DNA of 34,059 nt from an uncultured Burkholderiales bacterium (GCA_964598005.1 CAZRAL010000028.1:1-34059); one strand, 5' to 3'. Numbered from the stretch's first letter, positions 1-7,060 are shown. Made by a program: numbers and translations. Notes: a model not told the origin generated them from the sequence alone.

Positions 1-67
1 ACCGGACAGGTCGCGTGCTATAAATCCGGACAACTTAAAAACTCGCAACAAATTTTCATAAAAACGA

Positions 68-96
68 TTGACAATAAAACGATCGGGCAATATGAT
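68..96 (+). promoter_or_regulatory. Near-consensus sigma70 promoter: TTGACA (68-73), 17-nt spacer, TATGAT (91-96)
   Basis: Read directly: ttgaca ataaaacgatcgggcaa tatgat. Predicted TSS near 103-104. Feeds the short terminator-bounded unit below. Confidence 0.5.
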
Positions 97-103
97 ACGC
101 GCC

Positions 104-292
104 ATGAATATTTTTCAATCCATAATAATTACTTGCGATCCAGGTGCGCATTTCGCTGTCAAGCGGCGTGCTTATCGACTGGATCCAGACTCAGGCTTTG
201 GGAAGGCTGAAAATTGACTGAATAGGTTGATAACAGGTCAGCAGTTTCCAAAGCCCGGAATACTCGATAAGAGCTCCGGGCTTTGTGTTTTT
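104..292 (+). ncRNA. Candidate small RNA or small-protein transcript (about 190 nt) between the consensus promoter and an intrinsic terminator. Contains a 37-codon ORF (108-221) with no Shine-Dalgarno sequence.
   Basis: Promoter at 68-96 and hairpin plus T-run at 250-292. No long ORF inside. Strand assigned by the T-run following the stem. Confidence 0.3.
250..292 (+). terminator. Rho-independent terminator: stem aaagcccgga/tccgggcttt followed by gtgttttt
   Basis: Perfect 10-bp inverted repeat (250-259 / 275-284) followed by a T-rich run. Confidence 0.6.
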
Positions 293-312
293 AAACATTT
301 GTAGTTTATTGA

Positions 313-398
313 TCCGGAACGATTAACTTTTGAATTTGTTCAGGTAATTCACCTCTGGTTCAATATGCAGCGTAGAGACTTCATCGTTCCGAATTAAT
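313..398 (+). repeat. Copy 1 of a conserved ~90-nt leader module (CGGAACGATTAA ... TAGAGACTTCATCGTTCC) upstream of the DUF1266 gene
   Basis: Aligns with 1141-1227 at roughly 75% identity. Contains an internal 8-bp inverted repeat GGAACGAT/ATCGTTCC separated by about 55 nt. Confidence 0.55.
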
Positions 399-410
399 AA
401 AAGAAAAAAA

Positions 411-1124
411 ATGAAACTTCCCTCCCATTTTGAATGGATTATTTACGCTGTATTGGGTGGTATCGGCCTTTACGTGACTTACCCCTATCTCAGGCGGCTG
501 GTAAGATTCAAGCCCTATAACGTTGGTGAAATCGATTGGAATAAGCCCGAAGTGCGCAAGCTCGCGACCGGCTGTCACATGAACGCCCAATGCTATTTGC
601 GCTGGGATACCTTGCGTTCCGGCGATTCGCCACGTTTCGATGGCCTCCGCAGTTGGTGGGGCATTCGCGATCGGGGCTCAGCAATTGAAGTACTGAATTG
701 GTTGCGCGATGAAGGCCACCGAGCTGACTGGCAGGATACCGTATTGCATCATGCTCAATATGTTGGAGAAGATGTAGACGAGACATTGGCCCACGCCGAG
801 AAATTTTTGCTGAAGCACGGATTGATAAAAAGCCGTGCAGACTTTCAGGCCGGTGTATCGGCATGGGATTGGGGCCGTCTGGTGACGCTCAGTCGATGGT
901 GTTACGACCGCAAATATATAACGGAAGCCGAAGCTTGGCAGTACATCAACCATGCCACACAGCAAAGCCGGGCCGGATTTTCTTCATGGGAAACATATTC
1001 GCAAAGTTACATGATCGGGCAGTTTCTGTGGAACCCCGATCCGTCCGAAAATGAACCCATGGTCACGTTTGTTAAGGATTTGCTGAAAAGTGAAAAAAGC
1101 CCGCTGAAACGTATTCGCTGGTAA
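411..1124 (+). CDS. DUF1266 (YbeU/YbeR-like) family protein, 237 aa
   Basis: Intact ORF. C-terminal motif AWDWGRLVTLSRWCYDRKYITEAEAWQYI resembles DUF1266 from memory. N-terminal hydrophobic segment. A-rich leader with no clear SD. Confidence 0.4.
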   Translation: MKLPSHFEWIIYAVLGGIGLYVTYPYLRRLVRFKPYNVGEIDWNKPEVRKLATGCHMNAQCYLRWDTLRSGDSPRFDGLRSWWGIRDRGSAIEVLNWLRDEGHRADWQDTVLHHAQYVGEDVDETLAHAEKFLLKHGLIKSRADFQAGVSAWDWGRLVTLSRWCYDRKYITEAEAWQYINHATQQSRAGFSSWETYSQSYMIGQFLWNPDPSENEPMVTFVKDLLKSEKSPLKRIRW

Positions 1125-1140
1125 AAAGTGTGTCTATTCC

Positions 1141-1227
1141 TTCGGAACGATTAAGGTGCGAATTTATGCGGATAATCTTCGCTTGGTCTCAATAAACAGC
1201 ATAGAAACTTCATCGTTCCAGATCAAT
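1141..1227 (+). repeat. Copy 2 of the conserved leader module (TTCGGAACGATTAA ... TAGAAACTTCATCGTTCC) upstream of a small ORF
   Basis: Same motif order and spacing as 313-398. ATG of the small ORF is 16 nt downstream, mirroring copy 1 (18 nt). Confidence 0.55.
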
Positions 1228-1242
1228 GTACGGTTTACTGAA

Positions 1243-1458
1243 ATGAATTCGAAATCCAATTTAATGTTGCATAGCGCTCCGATGAAGCCTCGTAAAGGCC
1301 GGATTGCCCCAGCACGTATAGTGCGGCTCAAGCCGGCACAACACATTGCGTATGGTTACGATATGCACTGGCATGGACTGTCGCTTCACCTCGCCGATAC
1401 TTATACAAACTTTAAAGATCGACCGCAATACGCACTCCGGGAACGGTTCATGATGTGA
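1243..1458 (+). CDS. Small hypothetical protein, 71 aa (MNSKSNLMLHSAPMKPRKGRIAPARIVRLKP...)
   Basis: Start chosen at ATG 1243 by analogy with the position of the DUF1266 start relative to the shared leader. The track ORF 1156-1458 would start inside the leader. Followed by an intrinsic terminator. Confidence 0.35.
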   Translation: MNSKSNLMLHSAPMKPRKGRIAPARIVRLKPAQHIAYGYDMHWHGLSLHLADTYTNFKDRPQYALRERFMM

Positions 1459-1501
1459 ACCGTTTTACAAGAACCGAAAATGTTTTTGAAAACCCGGAGT
1501 G

Positions 1502-1540
1502 CCGAAAGGTCTTCGGGTTTTTTTGTTTTTGGATGGTTGG
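1502..1540 (+). terminator. Rho-independent terminator (cccggag..cttcggg stem, then T7 gttttt)
   Basis: GC-rich hairpin followed by ttttttt gttttt directly after the small ORF stop. Confidence 0.6.
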
Positions 1541-1624
1541 CCGAGTGATCGAAGACGGGTTCGATGACATGCGGCGAATGTCATGAAACATTTGCCGCCG
1601 TCAAAAATTTTCATGATTGTTTAT

Positions 1625-1698
1625 GGTGATCTTGGTGTAGTGATAGCACATCGCGCTGTGAACGCGAAAGCCTCGGTTTGATTCCGACGATCACCCCA
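1625..1698 (+). tRNA. tRNA-His (anticodon GTG)-like
   Basis: Perfect 7-bp acceptor stem GGTGATC/GATCACC and discriminator C. Perfect 5-bp anticodon stem TCGCG/CGCGA with canonical loop CTGTGAA. T-arm is CTCGG TTTGATT CCGAC. Oddities: T at position 56 (TTTGATT rather than TTCGATT), weak 3-bp D-stem, no G19, no encoded G-1. Confidence 0.5.
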
Positions 1699-1700
1699 AT

Positions 1701-1775
1701 TAGTGTATAACTCAACAGGAAGAGTAGGAGACTCTTAATCTCAATGTTGTGGGTTTGAGTCCCATTGTACCAACC
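1701..1775 (+). tRNA. tRNA-like sequence, anticodon loop CTCTTAA (Lys-CTT-like). Likely degenerate or pseudo.
   Basis: D-arm ACTC/GAGT. Anticodon stem GGAGA/TCTCA with a G:A mismatch. T-arm GTGGG TTTGAGT CCCAT (T56). Encoded 3' ...TGTACCA A CCA. Acceptor 5' strand TAGTGTA pairs poorly (1 mismatch, 2 wobbles). Paralog of the next tRNA-like sequence. Confidence 0.3.
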
Positions 1776-1939
1776 ATTATTTGCTATATTCATCAGTATT
1801 CGATCCACGCGAAAGCGCAGATCAAAAAGAATTCGTTGTAGAACGTATTGCAGCGGGTGAGGCTCGTGAGTCCTCCCTGGTGCGCTATCCCTGAAAATCG
1901 GGAGGGCGTATACCGCGATGCGGAAAGCAGCGGATGTTG

Positions 1940-2011
1940 GGTAATTTAGCTCAGTGGTAGAGCACAGACCTAATCCGTCTGAGGTCGTGGGTTCGAGTCC
2001 CATATTTACCA
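1940..2011 (+). tRNA. tRNA-like sequence with non-canonical anticodon loop CTAATCC (nominal anticodon AAT, C at position 37). Likely pseudo-tRNA, body Ile-GAT-like.
   Basis: Canonical D-arm TAGCTCAGTGGTAGAGC. Perfect anticodon stem CAGAC/GTCTG. T-arm GTGGG TTCGAGT CCCAT. Acceptor GGTAATT/ATTTACC with one T:T mismatch. No encoded CCA. Confidence 0.35.
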
Positions 2012-2012
2012 T

Positions 2013-2086
2013 GTTTCCATAGCTCATTTGGGTAGAGCAATCGGTTCCCAATCGATGGGTAGCGGGTTCGACTCCCGTTGGAAAAG
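2013..2086 (+). tRNA. tRNA-Gly (CCC)-like
   Basis: D-arm GCTC ATTTGGGT AGAGC. Anticodon stem ATCGG/TCGAT with loop TTCCCAA. T-arm GCGGG TTCGACT CCCGT. Acceptor GTTTCCA/TGGAAAA with a G1:A72 mismatch. Only 1 nt from the preceding tRNA-like sequence. Confidence 0.4.
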
Positions 2087-2353
2087 CAAGGTCTCTGTAA
2101 AAGACCATTTAACTGTAGTACCCGGGCCGGCTCCGGTGAAATGTGCCGTTGTTGTTTGATGCATTTCACACCGCCCACCTCGCTTGTGCGCTGCTCGCGC
2201 GCCTATGCGAGACAGTTCAAACCGCTTGTTGCGGGCTAAGGTTATTTGCTGTTTGGAATAACTGAAACCTGTCGGCAAGTGGTGCGGCTGCTCTCCCGTA
2301 TGCGCAACACTGCGTCCGCTGGGTGGCCGGGGGGCCGGACCACATTTACAAGA

Positions 2354-2360
2354 AAGGAAG
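2354..2360 (+). promoter_or_regulatory. Shine-Dalgarno AAGGAAG, 7 nt upstream of ATG 2368
   Basis: Read directly: agaaaggaag aattacg atg. Confidence 0.6.
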
Positions 2361-2367
2361 AATTACG

Positions 2368-3510
2368 ATGTTAAAAATGTTTCATATTAAAAAAGACGAA
2401 CGTGGCTTGCTGTTAAAACAAGGCGACTTCGCTGCAATTTTGACTGCAGGGGAATATACTTTTTTTGATCCGCTGGCTCGCTTGAGGCTGGAAAAATTTT
2501 CCCTCAGCAAAACGCAATTTGATCACCCGTTGGCGGACTATCTGTTGAAAGCCGAGCTGGAAGTTGTTCGACGCGAATTCCACGTGATTCAGCTGGGGCC
2601 AACCGAGGTCGGGTTGCGTTACGAGAACGGTGTGCTGGCCGAATTGCTGGCGCCCAATACCCGCCTTCTATACTGGAAGGGTTACATCGATCTCAAGTTC
2701 GAGGTAGTCAACATCGCTGAGGAATTTGCGGTAACAAGCAAACTTGTTCCGCAAATCTTTACCAATGCACGTACCAAGATCAGCGGGATTGAAGGTGTGT
2801 TTACTGTGCAGGTGCCGCAGTACCACGTAGCGGTGCTGTATGTGGATGGCAAGGTGGCGAAATTATTGGAGCCGGGTGTTTCAGCATTCTATAAGTTCAC
2901 CCGCGATTTGCGTGCCGATATCGTCGATCTGCGCTTGCAGGTGCTGGAGGTGGCTGGGCAGGAAATTTTGACCAGAGATAAGGTCTCGTTACGCGTCAAC
3001 TTGACAGCTGGCTACCGGATCAGCGATGTACTGGCGGCTTATGCCAAACAAGCCAAACCGGTCGACTTCCTGTACAAGGAGTTGCAGTTTGGGCTGCGCG
3101 CTGCCGTAGGTACCCGTACGCTCGATGAATTGCTGGAAAACAAGCATGTCATCGATGAGGTGGTGAACGAGCATATCAAGCGCCGGTTAACCGGCAAGGA
3201 TGGAGGCTACGGCCTCGAAGTCGAGTCAGTTGGAGTAAAGGACATCATCCTGCCGGGCGAGATGAAGGCTATTCTGGCTAAAGTAGTAGAGGCCGAAAAG
3301 GTGGCGCAGGCCAACGTGATTCGTCGTCGTGAAGAAACCGCGGCTACCCGCTCTTTGCTCAACACCGCTCGTGTGATGGAAGACAACCCGACCGCGCTGC
3401 GTTTGAAAGAGCTGGAAACGCTGGAAAAGGTCACCGAGAAGATCGACAAGATCTCCGTATTCGGCGGCCTCGACGGAGTGCTGAAGGATCTGGTGAAAAT
3501 CCGTCCGTAG
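2368..3510 (+). CDS. SPFH/band-7 (stomatin/prohibitin/flotillin/HflKC) domain protein, about 380 aa
   Basis: Long intact ORF. Internal ATG with a strong RBS preferred over the track start at 2323. Band-7-type core followed by an Ala/Glu/Lys-rich C-terminal coiled-coil region (AEKVAQANVIRRREETAATRSLLN). Confidence 0.6.
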   Translation: MLKMFHIKKDERGLLLKQGDFAAILTAGEYTFFDPLARLRLEKFSLSKTQFDHPLADYLLKAELEVVRREFHVIQLGPTEVGLRYENGVLAELLAPNTRLLYWKGYIDLKFEVVNIAEEFAVTSKLVPQIFTNARTKISGIEGVFTVQVPQYHVAVLYVDGKVAKLLEPGVSAFYKFTRDLRADIVDLRLQVLEVAGQEILTRDKVSLRVNLTAGYRISDVLAAYAKQAKPVDFLYKELQFGLRAAVGTRTLDELLENKHVIDEVVNEHIKRRLTGKDGGYGLEVESVGVKDIILPGEMKAILAKVVEAEKVAQANVIRRREETAATRSLLNTARVMEDNPTALRLKELETLEKVTEKIDKISVFGGLDGVLKDLVKIRP

Positions 3511-3537
3511 GCAAGTAGAAGTAGAAAAATAGGTGGC

Positions 3538-3570
3538 CAGTCTCTCGGAGGCTGGCTGCCATTTATTCAG
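3538..3570. terminator. Hairpin between convergent genes (ggccagtctc tcggag gctggc), possibly a bidirectional terminator
   Basis: Imperfect inverted repeat located between the SPFH gene stop (3510) and the gtrA-like stop (3599). Confidence 0.35.
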
Positions 3571-3598
3571 CATTCAGTGACTTTGGCACCTTATCAGC

Positions 3599-3976
3599 CT
3601 AGCGAAATGCCCACCGTTGTGAACTTATAAAATTAATGCTCAGCCCAGCAATGGAGCCTGCAGCCACCCCTAACCAAGGATACTGCTGTACTTCGCTGAA
3701 AGTGACAATGACGATTACAAAAACGGCATAATTTACCAGTGCCCCTAGGATCATCAAGGCAAGGTAACGTGACCATTCGTTGTATCCAGCAGGCTGCTTT
3801 ACATTGAAGGTATAGCGCCGATTCAGAAACCAGGTTGCACTGGCTGCCGCTATAAATGAAATAATGCGTCCCAGATATAAATTCAGTCCGGCTTTGGATA
3901 CCAGAATTTGCAGGCCCCCAGCATCGATGACAAAACCCAGCGTACCCACCAGGCAAAAACGCAATAGTTGGCTCAA
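3599..3976 (-). CDS. gtrA: GtrA-family small membrane protein (flippase-associated), about 125 aa from a TTG start overlapping the upstream stop
   Basis: LLRFCLVGTLGFVIDAGGLQILV ... FIAAASATWFLNRRYTF is the GtrA signature. 3-4 TM helices. Start inferred as TTG 3976 overlapping TGA 3975-3973 (TTGA coupling), because the track ORF N-terminus (MPEH...) is antisense shadow of the upstream gene. Confidence 0.6.
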   Translation of the reverse strand: MSQLLRFCLVGTLGFVIDAGGLQILVSKAGLNLYLGRIISFIAAASATWFLNRRYTFNVKQPAGYNEWSRYLALMILGALVNYAVFVIVIVTFSEVQQYPWLGVAAGSIAGLSINFISSQRWAFR

Positions 3977-4911
3977 AGCGAAGCCTGGGACGACTTGATT
4001 TGCAGATAAATCATGCGCTTCATTTCGTGTCGGCCGCGCGAGACGGTATCCAGAATCAATCCGCAGGCCAGGGATAAAAATGCCAGCAGCGTCATTCCGG
4101 TTACCAAAATTGCAGTCGGAAATCTCGGTACTAACCCGGTTTCGGCATAAGTCAAGAATAGCGGAACGGCCAGTATCAATGCAGCCAAACCAAGCAGCAT
4201 GCTCAGGCAACCGAAAAATGCCAGAGGGCGCTCCTGCTTGAACAGTTTCACAATGGTTATCAGGATGCGCATGCCATCACGATAGGTATTGAGCTTGCTC
4301 ACCGAGCCCTCCGGGCGGGATTGGTACGGGGTATCAATTTCATCGATGGGCATGCGCAATTCAAGGGCATGGACCGTCAATTCCGTTTCAATTTCGAAGC
4401 CGTTGGATAAAGCGGGAAACGATTTCACAAAGCGCCGCGAAAATACCCGATAGCCGGAAAGAATGTCGGTAAATGCCCGTCCGAATAACAATCCAACACA
4501 TCCCGTCAATACACGATTCCCTGCACGATGCCCTTTGCGGTAGGCGGCCTGTTCCTCGGTGACTCACTTCCCCACCACCATATCAAGATTTTCGTTAATG
4601 AGCCGGGCGACCATTTTTTCCGCGCTTGTGGCGTGGTAGGTATCATCGCCATCCACCAGCACATAGACATCGGCCTCGACATCTGCAAACATGCGGCGTA
4701 CGACATTGCCTTTGCCTTGCAACGTTACCCGGCGAACCTGTGCCCCTGCCTGCGTAGCGACTTCGATGGTTCGATCACGCGAATTGTTGTCAAAAACATA
4801 AATTTCCGCATGCGGCAATGCGGCGCGAAAATCGCGGACAACCGAACCAATAGCGATTTCTTCGTTGTAACAGGGAATTAATACCGCTACCCGAAATGTT
4901 GAACCAGTCAT
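3973..4911 (-). pseudogene. gtrB: GtrB/ArnC-like family-2 glycosyltransferase (polyprenyl-phosphate sugar transferase) interrupted by an in-frame TGA at 4566-4564
   Basis: Track ORFs 4564-5259 (N part: VAVLIPCYNEE, VFDNNSRDRT, VLVDGDD, DMVVGK*) and 3973-4509 (C part: SGYRVF motif plus 2 C-terminal TM helices) are in the same reading frame. They are separated only by a TGA, giving the read-through sequence ...DMVVGK*VTEEQAAYRKGHRAGNRVLTGCVGLLFG. The ATG at 4911 overlaps the upstream TGA (ATGA). Confidence 0.65.
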
Positions 4912-6593
4912 TTTTTTCCCAAAAAACCAAAGAAGCCGAATACTACAGCAGGAATCAGGGCCATTGCCAAAGGGACAACTGGCGATAAATAGAGCATGTT
5001 GTTGCTGGGAATGGAAGTGGCTTCGAGCAACCCCAGCAACACTACGCGACTGGCCACCGCCGCAACCAAAGCGGAAGCTATAGCCAGCATGGCACTGGCA
5101 CGGCGTTTCCATATTGCTACCGCCACCCACACCCCCCACAAGAAGAGTGCAACCGGAATGCCATATTGTGAAATCCCGGCTTCTGCCGTTGCCAGAAATC
5201 GGGCGATATTGATGCGATTGACCAACTTGAAGCAATCCTGATTGGGCGGGTTCAGGCACATTTCATCGACCGAATATCCCGACACTGCAACCGGCCCGTT
5301 GGTCATCCAGGTCACAAAGGCCAATTGTTCGGGCGACCCGAGGCTAGGCACAACGCCCACTGGGGCGCCATCAAGGGTAAGCAGCGTGGTGAATACTTCC
5401 TTGCTTGCTGCCAGTGTGTCCGCCCAATAATGGTCGCGCCAGGGCGGCACCATTGTGTCGCGGCGGGGCAGGCATTCGCCTGCATGCTGCTTGCAGGCCT
5501 CGTCAATTTCCCGCGCCAGCCGCAAATAAAATGCTTTGGCTGCCTTCGCATTCCGGTAGTGGCCAGCCGCCGCTACGGCGTCGCGCAAAGCCCACATAAA
5601 CCACCCCGATAAAATTTCCGGACAAGATTCGATGTGCAAGTGTTTACAACCGATATCCCGCCACGTCGTTCCAATTTCTCCCTCAAAATAGGGTTTTAAT
5701 TCGCGTGCTGCGGCACTGAATCGATAGGCGCGTTCGCGGGCATCTTTGGGGAATACCACATAACGTTGCCAATGGTCATGCCTGATTCGGCTCAAGGCGC
5801 CATAACCGGCCTGAAAGTCAGCCGAGTGGAAATCGTTGTTACGAAATACCCTATATTTCTGATAATTGTGCGTATTGACGATCCCGATGAGCAACGATGC
5901 TGAAATGACCGGCAACGCCATGAAATATAGTAGCTGCCGATAAGAACGTAACATCGATCGATGCGCTATCAGCCAGTAGCCAAGCAAAATCGCGAGGGGA
6001 GGGAAAAGCCAGGCTCCCTCTTCGCGGGTCAACCAGTAAATGCCCCCGGTAATCCCCAGAGTAAAAAGCAGTGGCCTTTTTTGGTCAATTTCTTCCTTTA
6101 GCGTTGCATTTTTTTGTTCTACCCAGCAGCGAATGGCCAGCGCCAGCAAAAAGAGCGTCAAACTGACATAAAGCCCTTCGCGCACCACTCTCCCCCCTAC
6201 GCCGTGTGTCCATGCGGTCGGGATAAAGGCCAGCAGTATAAAGGTACTCAACGCAATCCACTTGTTTGCGCCAACCCGCGCAACCACAGTGGAAAAATAC
6301 ATGGCTGCGAATAAATACAGAATGTGCTCGGTGAGTTTGAGCGGCAACCCGCTGAAATGATTAAGCAGGAGAAAAACAGGATAAGCCACTCCCTTGGCAT
6401 GGGTTAAATTGTTATAGTCCCCGAGCCAGTGGCCGCCCCCTATTTCCGCTGCCAATTTGACGAATAACATATCGTCGTAGCCCGCGCCGCCCACCGCAAA
6501 AATCGGGAAGGCTGCCCGAATAAACAGGGAAAGCAAAAATATCAGGACTATTAAGGCGTAGTACCCGTTGATTCTAATGTGTGTGTGTTTCAT
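4908..6593 (-). CDS. Large integral-membrane glycosyltransferase (GT-C fold, Gtr type-specific / ArnT-like), 561 aa
   Basis: N-terminal multi-TM block, central soluble (periplasmic-type) domain of about 200 aa, and C-terminal TM helices. Third gene of a gtrA-gtrB-gtrX-type arrangement. Confidence 0.5.
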   Translation of the reverse strand: MKHTHIRINGYYALIVLIFLLSLFIRAAFPIFAVGGAGYDDMLFVKLAAEIGGGHWLGDYNNLTHAKGVAYPVFLLLNHFSGLPLKLTEHILYLFAAMYFSTVVARVGANKWIALSTFILLAFIPTAWTHGVGGRVVREGLYVSLTLFLLALAIRCWVEQKNATLKEEIDQKRPLLFTLGITGGIYWLTREEGAWLFPPLAILLGYWLIAHRSMLRSYRQLLYFMALPVISASLLIGIVNTHNYQKYRVFRNNDFHSADFQAGYGALSRIRHDHWQRYVVFPKDARERAYRFSAAARELKPYFEGEIGTTWRDIGCKHLHIESCPEILSGWFMWALRDAVAAAGHYRNAKAAKAFYLRLAREIDEACKQHAGECLPRRDTMVPPWRDHYWADTLAASKEVFTTLLTLDGAPVGVVPSLGSPEQLAFVTWMTNGPVAVSGYSVDEMCLNPPNQDCFKLVNRINIARFLATAEAGISQYGIPVALFLWGVWVAVAIWKRRASAMLAIASALVAAVASRVVLLGLLEATSIPSNNMLYLSPVVPLAMALIPAVVFGFFGFLGKK

Positions 6594-6729
6594 TGTTTCA
6601 GGAACGGTTACTCATGATGCGAAAGACGAAATAAAGATTGGCAAAATTGAAGTTGCCTTGGTTTTTCGCCTACTTCAACGGGTGGGCATAATAGCACACG
6701 CTAGCCGCAACTTAATCTGACAGACATAG

Positions 6730-7060
6730 TTAGACCAAAGCGGCTAAAGAAGTAACTGTCAGAGCTGTCCGATCCAGCCGCTTGTTTTGCGCCAGGGTTT
6801 TGCTATCCAGGAAAGTCCGCCACGGTGTTTTGCCAAAGCAGTACTTGCCTGAACGCGTTCTGCTGCGATTGTAAAAGTCGAGCCACTCGTCCACGTACGT
6901 CTGTAACTGCGCAAGGCAAGTGTACATCTTGCGTCTGAAGGCAGTAGCGTAGAACTCGTTTTGAATCGTCTGGTGGAATCGCTCGCGGATGCCGTTGGTC
7001 TGCGGGTTCTTGGCCTTGGTTCGGGTGTGTTCGATACCCTCCAAGTCCAAGTAACAGTGG
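6730..7060 (-). mobile_element. IS481-family (rve integrase core) transposase C-terminal remnant
   Basis: LDLEGIEHTRTKAKNPQTNGIRERFHQTIQNEFY ... YNRSRTRSGKYCFGKTP is the conserved C-terminal region of IS481-type DDE transposases. Upstream frames are unrelated, so only about 105 aa remain. Confidence 0.6.

Noticed and set aside
381-1054. Track ORFs 381-590(-), 508-864(-), 678-965(-), 863-1054(+) overlapping the DUF1266 gene
   Set aside because: These are antisense or alternate-frame shadows inside a longer ORF with a coherent protein-like sequence. They have no start or RBS support.
1156-1458. Using the track start (1156) for the small ORF
   Set aside because: That start lies inside the conserved leader repeat. 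The in-frame ATG at 1243 reproduces the leader-to-ATG spacing seen for the DUF1266 gene.
1940-2011. Calling the third tRNA-like gene tRNA-Ile
   Set aside because: The body resembles an Ile-GAT tRNA, but the anticodon loop reads CTAATCC. That gives an AAT anticodon with C at position 37, which no bacterial decoding system uses. It is kept as a tRNA-like or pseudo-tRNA call only.
1611-2278. Minus-strand ORFs 1611-2108, 1951-2178 and 2024-2278 across the tRNA-like array
   Set aside because: They run through sequences with clear + strand tRNA D-arm and T-arm signatures (TAGCTCAGTGGTAGAGC, GGTTCGAGTCC). Their translations are low-complexity and not protein-like.
4564-4566. TGA in gtrB as selenocysteine or programmed read-through
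   Set aside because: No SECIS-like hairpin follows. The aligned position in GtrB/ArnC homologs is an ordinary residue. The window also contains a second unrelated in-frame stop (TAG in the IS transposase), which favours decay.
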